This document shows, in pieces, positions 27,279-36,377 of a stretch of DNA of 45,537 nucleotides. The DNA comes from Puia sp. GTDB lineage: Bacteria > Bacteroidota > Bacteroidia > Chitinophagales > Chitinophagaceae. A program made the position numbers and the translations under genes. Each line of letters begins with the position of its first letter. Positions within the stretch are counted from its first letter, which is position 1. The stretch lies in contig DATHNR010000301.1 in assembly GCA_035485835.1 (NCBI GenBank), positions 1 through 45,537 on the forward strand, written 5' to 3'. The notes beneath the pieces were generated by a model. It was not told the DNA's origin. It saw nothing but the letters and a program-made list of their open reading frames with translations, and did no database searches.

Positions 27279-28577
27279 CTAAAATATCTTATCTAATAAA
27301 TGAACAGAAACGCCAAGGCTTTTAAGATCTTTAAAAAAATCGGGGTAGGATTTATTTATAGCATCAGCCTTTTCAATTTGTACCGGACCAGCAGCTCTCA
27401 AAGCAGCAACGGCTGTTGCCATAGCTATTCGGTGATCGTGCCTCGAGTGAACCGTGGCAGATTTTAATTCTTCAGTTCCCCTGATCCCCATTACATCTTC
27501 ATTGATCAGGATTTCAACTCCCATTTTACCAAATTCCTCCTGAAGAGTAAGAGCCCGGTCGCTTTCCTTATGTGCAAGCCTGCCAATGCCTTTAATAAAA
27601 CTGGAACCATGACATGCCGAAGCTAGGGCAACTAACGGTGGAAAAAGGTCGGGACAGTCAGTAGCATCAAAATGGAATGGCATCAATTTTTTTTGATGGC
27701 CATCACCTATTTGAATTTCATCGTTTCTGATTGACATGGAAATACCTGTATCCTGTAACGCCATTAATATCGCTTTATCAGCCTGAGTTGAACCAGGGTC
27801 CAAACCGCGAAACTCAGCCTTTCCTGCAATGGCTGCTGCCACTAACAGAAAAGCTGCTCCACTCCAGTCACCTTCTACATTATATTCTATAGGGCCAGAT
27901 GGCTTTACCCAGGTTTCGGAAGAAAAATAAAATGTATTATAATTCTTATTAACTGGAACTTTTAATCCAAAAGCGCACATAACCGATAACGTTAGATCGA
28001 TGTAAGGACGGCTTTTCAGATTGCGAACTTCAATATTAATATTTTTTGCATCAGAAGCTGAATAGGCCATCAACAGACCTGTCAGAAATTGTGAGCTAAG
28101 GGAACCGTCAATTTGAATATTTGATGGGATCAGCGGACCCTTGATTTGAATTGGCAGCTTACCCATATTTGACCGGACTTCCACACCAAGTTTCGGAAGG
28201 ACCTCATCAAAAAAATTCATTGGTCTGTTTAGAAGGCTTCCTTCTCCTTCAATAGTTATCCTCTCAGGACTCATTGCAACCAGTGGTGCAAACATCCGAA
28301 TACCAAGTCCGCTTTCTCCACAATTCACAAATTCATTTACAGGTTTCATGCCCTTACTTTCAATGAGCAGGGAACCATCGGAAAGGTTTTCGATATTAGC
28401 TCCCAATGCCCGAATGACACGGAGTGCTGCCAGGTCGTCATTGGAATGACCCGGGTTGAAAATACGAGCTTTTGTTTGCGATATCAGCGCAGCAGCACAA
28501 GCTCTTTGCATGGAACTTTTGGAAGAAGGTACCTGTAGGCTTCCTTTTATTTCAGATGGGATAATAGTAACGTTCAT
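27279..28577 (-). CDS. aroA: EPSP synthase
   Basis: 'PSSKS', 'GESG', 'SSQFLTG', 'KESDR', 'DHRIAM', 'KSYPDF'. Confidence 0.98.
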   Translation of the reverse strand: MNVTIIPSEIKGSLQVPSSKSSMQRACAAALISQTKARIFNPGHSNDDLAALRVIRALGANIENLSDGSLLIESKGMKPVNEFVNCGESGLGIRMFAPLVAMSPERITIEGEGSLLNRPMNFFDEVLPKLGVEVRSNMGKLPIQIKGPLIPSNIQIDGSLSSQFLTGLLMAYSASDAKNINIEVRNLKSRPYIDLTLSVMCAFGLKVPVNKNYNTFYFSSETWVKPSGPIEYNVEGDWSGAAFLLVAAAIAGKAEFRGLDPGSTQADKAILMALQDTGISMSIRNDEIQIGDGHQKKLMPFHFDATDCPDLFPPLVALASACHGSSFIKGIGRLAHKESDRALTLQEEFGKMGVEILINEDVMGIRGTEELKSATVHSRHDHRIAMATAVAALRAAGPVQIEKADAINKSYPDFFKDLKSLGVSVHLLDKIF

Positions 28578-28583
28578 CGTCTT

Positions 28584-29615
28584 TTATCTGGCGCGGGCAA
28601 TTGAATAGAGCAATTTTTCAAGGTGAGACATGGGAATCGGTTTAATTACTGCTTTACCCAATTTTTCCAGTAATACATAATGCATAACATCCCTTGTCTT
28701 TTTTTTATCCATACGCATAATCTCAATCACTTTCCCGAAATCAACCGGAATATCAATCGGTAACCCATATTGTTGCAACAGTCCCGTTACCCGGGCTGTT
28801 TCTTTAAAATTCAGCATTTCTTCAGAAATCAGGCAGGCAGCTTTAATTCCAATGGATATTGCATGTCCATGTGGTAAATGATAAACATTTTCAACAGCAT
28901 GTCCGAGGGTATGACCAAAATTCAAAAGCCTGCGTTCATTACCTTCAAATTCATCTTTCTTTACGACAGCCGACTTAATCATTACGTTTTTTCGAATAAG
29001 TTCACTGAGCGCTTTTTTATTCTTTCGGTAACTGTGAATGGAATTTTTTTCGAGTTCCTGAAATAATGAAGCATCTTTAATTGCAGCATGTTTGATAACT
29101 TCCGCAAATCCATTTACCCATTCTTCCACTGGGAGGGAATGTAAAAGGGATGTATCATAAAATAGGAATCCCGGCTGGCGGATCACACCGATCATATTTT
29201 TGTAATTGCCAATATCTATTCCATTTTTACCGCCAATGGATGCATCTACCATTCCAAGAATGGAAGTAGGTACAAATCCAAATGGAACACCACGCATGTA
29301 AACGGAAGCGACATAACCCGTAATATCGGTTACTACACCCCCTCCCACCCCTATGATGGTTGTTTGTCGGTCTGCGCCAAAGCTTATGAGCTGGTCAATA
29401 ATCTGGTCAACTATGTATTGAACTTTAAATGATTCCCCTGCGGGAATCTGGATGAATTTTAAACCTTTAAAATATTTCTTGTGATGATCATAAATATGCT
29501 GGTCTGTTATAAAAATTGACCTTTCTTTCTCTACCAGATTACCAATTTGTGCAAAAGATACATCAAAATAGCAGGTGGTTCTGGAAGCAGAAAATGAAAA
29601 AGTCTTTTTCAGCAT
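28584..29615 (-). CDS. aroB: 3-dehydroquinate synthase
   Basis: 'GGGVVTD', 'VDASIGGKNG', 'AEVIKH', 'LNFGHTLGHAVE', 'HGHAI'. Confidence 0.97.
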   Translation of the reverse strand: MLKKTFSFSASRTTCYFDVSFAQIGNLVEKERSIFITDQHIYDHHKKYFKGLKFIQIPAGESFKVQYIVDQIIDQLISFGADRQTTIIGVGGGVVTDITGYVASVYMRGVPFGFVPTSILGMVDASIGGKNGIDIGNYKNMIGVIRQPGFLFYDTSLLHSLPVEEWVNGFAEVIKHAAIKDASLFQELEKNSIHSYRKNKKALSELIRKNVMIKSAVVKKDEFEGNERRLLNFGHTLGHAVENVYHLPHGHAISIGIKAACLISEEMLNFKETARVTGLLQQYGLPIDIPVDFGKVIEIMRMDKKKTRDVMHYVLLEKLGKAVIKPIPMSHLEKLLYSIARAR

Positions 29616-29630
29616 ACAATGATTTATTAC

Positions 29631-30716
29631 TTAAGAATTCATCACTTTATTCTGGTGATTAATACTTTCCATGTGAACTGCGTCAAAATATTTTGTAATG
29701 AATTCCTGGCTTAGACCCAGTTTGTCACCTTTTCTAAAGGCCCTTTCCAGGATCGCGTTCCAGCGGTTTGTTTGCAGGATCGTAATATTATTATCCTTTT
29801 TATATTGTCCGATTTTTTCAGAAATTTTCATTCTTTCACTGATGATCTGCATAAGTTCGTCATCGAGCTGGTTAATCTGCTGTCTTAATTTTTCAAGAGC
29901 TGCATGATATTCTTCTGAAGCCACATCCTCATTACGCCAGCGAATGTTGCCAATCAGTTCGCCAAGTTTGGCTGGTGTGATTTGTTGTTTGGCATCACTC
30001 CACGCTTTATCGGGATCGATGTGACTTTCAATTATCAGTCCATCGAAATCCAGGTCAATTGCTGTTTGGGCAACTTCCTGAAGAATATCCCGGCGCCCAC
30101 ATATGTGGGATGGGTCATTAATGAATAACATTCCAGGATGACGTCTTTTCATCTCGATAGCCAGATGCCACATAGGCGCATTCCGGTATTCTGTGTTTCC
30201 ATAAGAGCTAAAACCCCTGTGTATTAGACCTATTTGTTTTATACCCGCTTTGGAAACACGTTCAACAGCTCCAATCCAAAGTTCGATATCGGGATTGATT
30301 GGATTTTTGATAAGCACCGGAACTTCAACTCCTCTCAGAGCATCAGCAACATCCTGTACACTGAAAGGATTTACAGTAGTTCTGGCACCAATCCAAAGTA
30401 CATCCACGTCAAAATGCAAAGCGTCTTCAACTTGTTTGGCAGTAGCAACTTCTACAGCTACAGGAATACCCGTGATGTCCCGGGCTTTTTGAAGCCAGGC
30501 AAGCCCTTTGGTTCCAATACCTTCGAAACTTCCAGGACGGGTTCTCGGTTTCCATATGCCTGCGCGCATAATGTCTACTTTGCCTGTTTCCTGTAATTGT
30601 ACAGCTGTTTGTATTACCTGCACTTCCGTTTCTGCACTGCAGGGACCCGAAATAATCAGCGGACGTTTTGTCCACGCTGCCTGGGTTATTTCTTTCATTG
30701 ATTTTGTTGCTACCAT
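29631..30716 (-). CDS. DAHP synthase (type I-beta) fused to a C-terminal chorismate mutase
   Basis: 'ISGPCSAE', 'WKPRTRP', 'WIGART', 'DPSH'; AroQ-like 'LRQQINQLD...ERMKISEKIGQYKK'. Confidence 0.93.
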   Translation of the reverse strand: MVATKSMKEITQAAWTKRPLIISGPCSAETEVQVIQTAVQLQETGKVDIMRAGIWKPRTRPGSFEGIGTKGLAWLQKARDITGIPVAVEVATAKQVEDALHFDVDVLWIGARTTVNPFSVQDVADALRGVEVPVLIKNPINPDIELWIGAVERVSKAGIKQIGLIHRGFSSYGNTEYRNAPMWHLAIEMKRRHPGMLFINDPSHICGRRDILQEVAQTAIDLDFDGLIIESHIDPDKAWSDAKQQITPAKLGELIGNIRWRNEDVASEEYHAALEKLRQQINQLDDELMQIISERMKISEKIGQYKKDNNITILQTNRWNAILERAFRKGDKLGLSQEFITKYFDAVHMESINHQNKVMNS

Positions 30717-30760
30717 GAGTATTGGTTTGTATATCTTTTCTTATTGTGGCAAAAGAGACA

Positions 30761-32425
30761 CTATCTTGTATTCGCATCATTCATGCGAATCCTTCTCCCC
30801 TTATAATTCTTCCCATCTATAGCTCTGATCATCTGGGGAGCAGATTTTCTGTCAATCTCGATCCAACTGTTCATTTCTTTCATATCAATTTTCCCCAACA
30901 CGTCTTTTCTCAGGTCGCTCATATCCAATACAAATTGAAGAAAACTGGCTTTATAGAAACCATCTTTAGTTCCAAGATTCACAAATAATTTCACGAAATC
31001 TCCGTTTCCCGGGGAAAAGGATGGACGCGGTGATCTGCTTTCTCCAATGGGTATACGCTCTCTAGGTCCGCGTGAAGGCGCCTCCCTTTCTCTTTGTACA
31101 CGTACATTCAGGTCTTCTGCGTTTTCATAATATTTTAGAAACCTTGTAAATTCCTGAGCCGCTACTCTTTTCAAAACATCTTCCTTGCTCACATCTGCAA
31201 ATTTCTCTTCCATCATAGGAACATATGATTCATAGTCACCGTGACTGATATCTGCATTCAGTAATTTATCCATAAAATGAAAAAACTGTTTGCGACAAAC
31301 ATCTTTTCCGGTTGGTACTTCAACTTTATGAAAAGGTACTTGTACAATACGTTCTATCTGACGAAGTTTTCCGATTTCTCTTGAATGGATAATCGACAAA
31401 CATACTCCAGTATTTCCGGCCCTTCCTGTTCTTCCACTTCTGTGGGTGTATATTTCCACATCATCCGGTAACTCATAATTAATAACATGAGTAATTCCCT
31501 GCACATCAATTCCACGGGCTGCTACATCCGTAGCAATGAGCAATTGCAATGATTTCTCCCTGAATTCTCCCATTACTTTATCTCGTTGTTGTTGGGTCAG
31601 ATCACCATGCAATGCATCAATGTCATAGCCTTCACGCGTTAGTTTTTCAGAAATATTTTGTGCATCAGCTTTAGTGCGGGTAAAAATGATTCCGTAAATA
31701 CCAGGGTTAAAATCAATCATACGCTTTAGCGCTTCATAACGATGATGCGCATTCGTGACAAAAAACTGGTGATCAATATTTTTGTTGGCTGTATTCTTGG
31801 TACCCACCGTAATTTCCATCGGATCCTTCATATACTTTCGGCTTACTCTTTTTATTTCAGCAGGCATTGTTGCACTGAATAACCAGGTAGCATCCCGTTT
31901 AGGCGTATTTTGAAGAATAAATTCGATATCATCCTGAAATCCCATATTCAGCATTTCATCCGCTTCATCAAGCACCACATATTTTATCTCTTCCAGATTA
32001 ATGGCCTTCCTTTCGATCAGGTCAATGAGCCTGCCTGGTGTTGCAACGACAATTTGAACACCCCTCCTTAAATCACGTATCTGCATACCAATCGAAGCAC
32101 CACCATATACAGCCAAAACCTGAACACCAGCCATAAATTTTTTGAAAAGTTCGAGTTCACTTACAATCTGCATGCAGAGTTCTCTTGTCGGACAAACAAT
32201 AAGAGCCTGAGGAAATCTTTGTTCAGCTTTCAACAGTTGCAACAATGGCAGACCAAAAGCCGCAGTTTTACCAGTTCCGGTTTGAGCAAGTCCAACCAGG
32301 TCTTTAGTGCCACTCAATAAGACAGGAATTGCTTTTTCCTGTATGGGGGTGGGTTGGGTATACCCTAATGTGGTTATAGCCTTAAGGAGGTTCTCCTGCA
32401 ACCCAAGCCCTTCAAATGTACTCAT
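30761..32425 (-). CDS. DEAD-box RNA helicase with DbpA-type RNA-binding domain
   Basis: Q motif, 'AQTGTGKT', 'PTREL', 'DEAD', 'SAT', 'ARGID', 'HRSGRTGRAG'; C-terminal 'LFVNLG.KDG...GKID'. Confidence 0.96.
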   Translation of the reverse strand: MSTFEGLGLQENLLKAITTLGYTQPTPIQEKAIPVLLSGTKDLVGLAQTGTGKTAAFGLPLLQLLKAEQRFPQALIVCPTRELCMQIVSELELFKKFMAGVQVLAVYGGASIGMQIRDLRRGVQIVVATPGRLIDLIERKAINLEEIKYVVLDEADEMLNMGFQDDIEFILQNTPKRDATWLFSATMPAEIKRVSRKYMKDPMEITVGTKNTANKNIDHQFFVTNAHHRYEALKRMIDFNPGIYGIIFTRTKADAQNISEKLTREGYDIDALHGDLTQQQRDKVMGEFREKSLQLLIATDVAARGIDVQGITHVINYELPDDVEIYTHRSGRTGRAGNTGVCLSIIHSREIGKLRQIERIVQVPFHKVEVPTGKDVCRKQFFHFMDKLLNADISHGDYESYVPMMEEKFADVSKEDVLKRVAAQEFTRFLKYYENAEDLNVRVQREREAPSRGPRERIPIGESRSPRPSFSPGNGDFVKLFVNLGTKDGFYKASFLQFVLDMSDLRKDVLGKIDMKEMNSWIEIDRKSAPQMIRAIDGKNYKGRRIRMNDANTR

Positions 32426-32444
32426 GCTGTTCTAAAATTTTGCG

Positions 32445-32452
32445 CAAAGGTA
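32445..32452 (-). promoter_or_regulatory. Internal -7 promoter element for the helicase and downstream aro genes
   Basis: TACCTTTG on minus, 19 nt before ATG 32425. Confidence 0.6.
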
Positions 32453-32459
32453 ATCTTTT

Positions 32460-32494
32460 AAGCTTAAAGCCTAAGGCTTAAGACTCAATGCTTA
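32460..32494. repeat. Five degenerate 7-nt tandem repeats
   Basis: AAGCTTA AAGCCTA AGGCTTA AGACTCA ATGCTTA. Confidence 0.7.
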
Positions 32495-32541
32495 ACGAAA
32501 CCTATAAATGCGTTTTTCATATCAAGCCTACTAACTATTAT

Positions 32542-33390
32542 TTATTTCAAAATTCTCCGGATTTTATTTGCATTTTCCATCAGTTGCAGCAAGTAATCAT
32601 AGTTTTCCTTTTCGAGGCAACTTTTGAACTTTCGTAACTGTGTTATATGTTCATTCAAAACATCCAGCACGTTTTCACGGTTTTGCATAAAAATAGGTCC
32701 CCACATAGCCGGACTGCTTTTCGCCAGCCTGACTGTACTTTCAAAACCACCACCTGCAAGTTCAAAAATAGCATCCTCTTCTTTTTCCTTTTCCAATACA
32801 GTATTGGCCAGTGCAAATGAAGTAATATGGGAAATATGGCTCACATATGCTGCATGAATATCATGACTTTCCGCTTCCATATTCACGAGAGACATTCCCA
32901 ACATGGTGTAAATATTTTCAATTAGCTTGAGAGCCTCCGGGTCAGATTTTTCTCTTTCGCATATCACACAGGAGCGGCCTCTGAATGCATCATGAACAGC
33001 TGCTTCAGGGCCACTATACTCGGTTCCCCACATCGGGTGAGTAGCAACAAATCGATTTCTGTTTGGGTGATCAGATAAAAATTTACAAAGCGCAAATTTG
33101 GTTGATCCGGCATCAGCTACAATTTGCTTCGAAGTAACCTGGTCCAGAATTGTCTTCATTACCGGCAGCGTTGCATCCACCGGAATTGCTACATATATTA
33201 AATCGCTCTGTATGATTGATTCTTCCAGGGGTAGTACTTCATCAATGATTCCAAGATCCAGCGCTTTGCGGGCCGTAGTGCCACTTCGGCTTACTCCAAT
33301 AACTTTTTTAACCATGCCATGATCTTTTAACCCTAAGCTAAAAGATCCGCCGATCAAACCCACCCCAACAATGGTGATTGTATTAAACAT
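32542..33390 (-). CDS. tyrA: Prephenate/arogenate dehydrogenase (TyrA family)
   Basis: 'GVGLIGGS', 'DAGSTK', 'HPMWGTE', 'HD...AYVSHISH', 'GGFESTVRLA'. Confidence 0.95.
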   Translation of the reverse strand: MFNTITIVGVGLIGGSFSLGLKDHGMVKKVIGVSRSGTTARKALDLGIIDEVLPLEESIIQSDLIYVAIPVDATLPVMKTILDQVTSKQIVADAGSTKFALCKFLSDHPNRNRFVATHPMWGTEYSGPEAAVHDAFRGRSCVICEREKSDPEALKLIENIYTMLGMSLVNMEAESHDIHAAYVSHISHITSFALANTVLEKEKEEDAIFELAGGGFESTVRLAKSSPAMWGPIFMQNRENVLDVLNEHITQLRKFKSCLEKENYDYLLQLMENANKIRRILK

Positions 33391-34576
33391 GTTGAATTGG
33401 TTTTATAAATCCAGCCTTTTTTATTCTTTCGAAACTTTCCAGTATTTTTTCTTCGGGTGCACATAAACTTACCCTGATATACTTGTTACCGGCAGTCCCA
33501 AAAATACCACCTGGGGTCACAAATACATTGGCGTTATACAGTAAAAGATCACTCAATGCATACCCGTCTGCAATTTCATCGGGAACCTTTGCCCAAACAA
33601 ATAGCCCCCCCTGTTTTTTTGAAAACCGGCATCTCAATCCTTCAAGTAATGTTTCGACGGCTGATTTTCGAATACGATATAATTTGTTTACTTCTTCGTA
33701 CCAGGATGCCGGGAGTGACAACGCTTTTGCTGCCGCAAGTTGCAGGGGAAGAAACATTCCACTGTCCATATTGCTTTTAAACCGAAGTACATTTTCGATG
33801 TGCTTTGATTTGGCAATCATCATACCAACACGCCATCCGGCCATATTGTGTGACTTACTGAGTGAGTTAAGTTCTATAACGTGATCGCAGACCCCTTCGG
33901 GCTGCATTATGCTCATAGGTTCATCATTTAATATAAAACTATACGGATTATCATGAACAAGCAGGACTTGATTCTCTTTTGCAAATAAAAGCAGTTCTTC
34001 AAAAAGTTCTTTGGTTGGCAATTGTCCCGTAGGCATTTGCGGATAATTCACAAACATTAATACCGATTCCTGGCCTGCCTGTTTTTTCATGACCAATTGC
34101 TTTAATTCTTCGAAGTCAGGCATCCAGTAATTCTCTTCTCTTAATTCATAAGAAATCAGATTCGCGCCGGCCAGTTTTGCGGCACTCTGGTAAGTAGGGT
34201 AACCGGGATTGGGAATTAATACAAGATCCCCTTTATCAACGTAAGTCATACATATATGCATAATTCCTTCTTTGGATCCCGCCAGCGGTAGAATTTCCTG
34301 ATCAGGATTCAGATTTACACCATAAAATTCTTTGTACCATCCGGCCATCGCCTTTCGCAAAACAGGAGACCCTTTATAACTTTGATATGCATGGGTATTT
34401 GACTTACTGCTCTCTTCATTCAATATTCTGATCACATCAGGATGTGGGGCCTGGTCGGGGCTGCCAATGCCAAGGCTAATAATATTTTTACCTTCTCGGT
34501 TGAGATCGTCTATCTCCCTCAATTTTTTAGAAAAGTAGTACTCACCAATTCCTTCGAGTCTTTGTGCAGTCTTCAT
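33383..34576 (-). CDS. PLP-dependent class I/II aminotransferase
   Basis: 'LGIGSPD', 'GSKEG', 'NPGYP', 'HDNPY', 'SLSKSHNMAGWRVG'. Confidence 0.93.
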   Translation of the reverse strand: MKTAQRLEGIGEYYFSKKLREIDDLNREGKNIISLGIGSPDQAPHPDVIRILNEESSKSNTHAYQSYKGSPVLRKAMAGWYKEFYGVNLNPDQEILPLAGSKEGIMHICMTYVDKGDLVLIPNPGYPTYQSAAKLAGANLISYELREENYWMPDFEELKQLVMKKQAGQESVLMFVNYPQMPTGQLPTKELFEELLLFAKENQVLLVHDNPYSFILNDEPMSIMQPEGVCDHVIELNSLSKSHNMAGWRVGMMIAKSKHIENVLRFKSNMDSGMFLPLQLAAAKALSLPASWYEEVNKLYRIRKSAVETLLEGLRCRFSKKQGGLFVWAKVPDEIADGYALSDLLLYNANVFVTPGGIFGTAGNKYIRVSLCAPEEKILESFERIKKAGFIKPIQHV

Positions 34577-34673
34577 TTTAGAATGCTTTAATAAATTGGA
34601 CTGATATAAAATTTTATTACAATTATTAATATTATTAAAATATGCTCAACCTGCATGGGTTTTAATTTGGACC

Positions 34674-35513
34674 TTAAGTTTGTATTCCTTTTTTGTAAAT
34701 GCCATAAATTTTTAAATCAGATATTACCGGTTTAATAATCTCGATCACATTTTCAAATTCCCCAGTATTGTCAAATTCCATATCGGCGTGAAAACTATAT
34801 TTCCAGTCACTACCCGGTATGGGATAGGATTGCAATTTGCTCAGGTTAATACCGGCATTCGCAATGAGAGTAAGCACTTTTGCGAGACTTCCACGCGAGT
34901 GATCAGTATGAAAAGTGACAGAAGCTTTATTTGCATCTTTCACGGGTTCTGAATTTTCTTTCCTCTGCAATACTAAAAATCGTGTATAGTTATTTTTCAT
35001 GGTATGAATATCGGGAGCGATCATCTCCAATTGGAATAAACTGGCCGCCAGTTTACTGGCGATGCCGGCAATATGCTTGCTCTTGCGCTGATGAATGTGT
35101 TTTGCACTAAGGGCAGTATCTTCAGTTTCAATCAGTTTCCAATCGAACTGGTTTAGATAATCAAGGCATTGCAGTATGGCCATCGGATGTGAATGCACTT
35201 CCTTGATGTCTTTAAGTGTTATGCCTGGATTCACAACCAGATTCTGTCGGATCTGCAAATAAATTTCACCCGAAATCACAAGGTCACTGTTCCGAAGCAG
35301 TGAATAGTTGGGAAGAATGCTACCCGCAATGGAATTTTCAATAGCCATTACCGCAGCATCACAAAGGCTCGGATCTGTTACTGATTTCACGACATCCTGA
35401 AAGCGTGCACATGCCAGGATATTAGTCTTTTCGCCAAAAAAAATCCTTACAGCTTCCTGATGAAAACTTCCTTCATATCCCTGAATGGCTACACGTTGAA
35501 TGGGTTGCTGCAT
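34674..35513 (-). CDS. pheA: Prephenate dehydratase with ACT domain
   Basis: 'GYEGSFH', 'IENSIAG', 'SHPMAILQC', 'NYTRF', ACT 'GSLAKVL...INLSKLQS'. Confidence 0.95.
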   Translation of the reverse strand: MQQPIQRVAIQGYEGSFHQEAVRIFFGEKTNILACARFQDVVKSVTDPSLCDAAVMAIENSIAGSILPNYSLLRNSDLVISGEIYLQIRQNLVVNPGITLKDIKEVHSHPMAILQCLDYLNQFDWKLIETEDTALSAKHIHQRKSKHIAGIASKLAASLFQLEMIAPDIHTMKNNYTRFLVLQRKENSEPVKDANKASVTFHTDHSRGSLAKVLTLIANAGINLSKLQSYPIPGSDWKYSFHADMEFDNTGEFENVIEIIKPVISDLKIYGIYKKGIQT

Positions 35514-35518
35514 ACGAT

Positions 35519-35548
35519 AAAAAAAAATCCCGGCTTTTGACCGGGATT
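35519..35548 (-). terminator. Attenuator terminator upstream of pheA
   Basis: Minus strand AATCCCGG-TCAAAAG-CCGGGATT running into a U9 tract that ends 5 nt before the pheA ATG. Confidence 0.9.
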
Positions 35549-35568
35549 CTATTGTTAAGTTTTAAAAA

Positions 35569-35661
35569 TTATCTGTTGATTAACAAAAGCATTCCCGGTT
35601 TGCTTCTAAAATAGAAGAAAAAATAAAAACCAAAATAACGGTATGCTTTTGCGTTGACCAT
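35569..35661 (-). CDS. Phe/Tyr-rich attenuator leader peptide MVNAKAYRYFGFYFFFYFRSKPGMLLLINR
   Basis: 30 codons with 6 Phe and 4 Tyr in codons 7-18, just upstream of the terminator and pheA. Not in the ORF track. Confidence 0.88.
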   Translation of the reverse strand: MVNAKAYRYFGFYFFFYFRSKPGMLLLINR

Positions 35662-35670
35662 AAATCTTAT

Positions 35671-35678
35671 CAAAAATA
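35671..35678 (-). promoter_or_regulatory. -7 promoter element for the leader/pheA transcript
   Basis: TATTTTTG on minus, 9 nt before the leader ATG. Confidence 0.5.
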
Positions 35679-35725
35679 AATCATTCCATCGATACAAAAA
35701 ATTTATTTTCTGGGCCAGGATCGAA

Positions 35726-36295
35726 TTATAAGTTGTTTAATCTTTTCTCCTGCAAGGAACTCACAAGTTTAAAAAGATGAAAGGGCTTATAAATTCTCCA
35801 GTCAGGCTGCTCTATCAGACTGATATAACGATCCAGTTTGGCCCTGCGAAAATCGTACTGAGTCGGTTCAGGCATATTGATACATACGATCCAGCCTTGC
35901 CTGTCTTCCACATCTTCCCTCCATTCTTCATAATAATCTTTATCGCCGCTATGGAAATTAAGTACGTTTTCTGCAATCAGAATAAATTTATAGATCCCTT
36001 CTGCCATGAATTTATCGGCCACTTCCCTTTTGAGGCTCATAATATCATTTTCAATTGCGTCATTCCATTCACCAATCAGTTCAATAATTACATATTTTTC
36101 TTCGTAATCGGCTAATAACACTTTTAAGTAAAGTGTTCGTGAACCAAATTCATCCCACTGAGGGTGAATTAAATAATTATAGATCGCCTGAGTAAACTCA
36201 AATTCTGAATAAATACGTCCGAAAAAAGGTGAACGTTCATCTTCTTCACTAATATAAATGTGGCGCCAGTTATAATATGGTTCAATATCATGCAT
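35726..36295 (-). CDS. Hypothetical protein with a STAS-like C-terminal half
   Basis: 189-aa ORF with protein-like composition; the STAS resemblance is by eye (see findings). Confidence 0.8.
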   Translation of the reverse strand: MHDIEPYYNWRHIYISEEDERSPFFGRIYSEFEFTQAIYNYLIHPQWDEFGSRTLYLKVLLADYEEKYVIIELIGEWNDAIENDIMSLKREVADKFMAEGIYKFILIAENVLNFHSGDKDYYEEWREDVEDRQGWIVCINMPEPTQYDFRRAKLDRYISLIEQPDWRIYKPFHLFKLVSSLQEKRLNNL

Positions 36296-36350
36296 ATTCT
36301 GATCCCGGATACATTTGCAATTTCTTATTTATTTTTTATCGCTCTGCATT

Positions 36351-36366
36351 CCCATACTCCCATACT
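36351..36366. repeat. CCCATACT x2
   Basis: Same octamer as the tandem array at 40263-40286. Confidence 0.7.
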
Positions 36367-36377
36367 TTCATTACAGT

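Noticed and set aside
29631-30716. DAHP synthase-chorismate mutase fusion as a novelty
   Set aside because: A known architecture in Bacteroidota.
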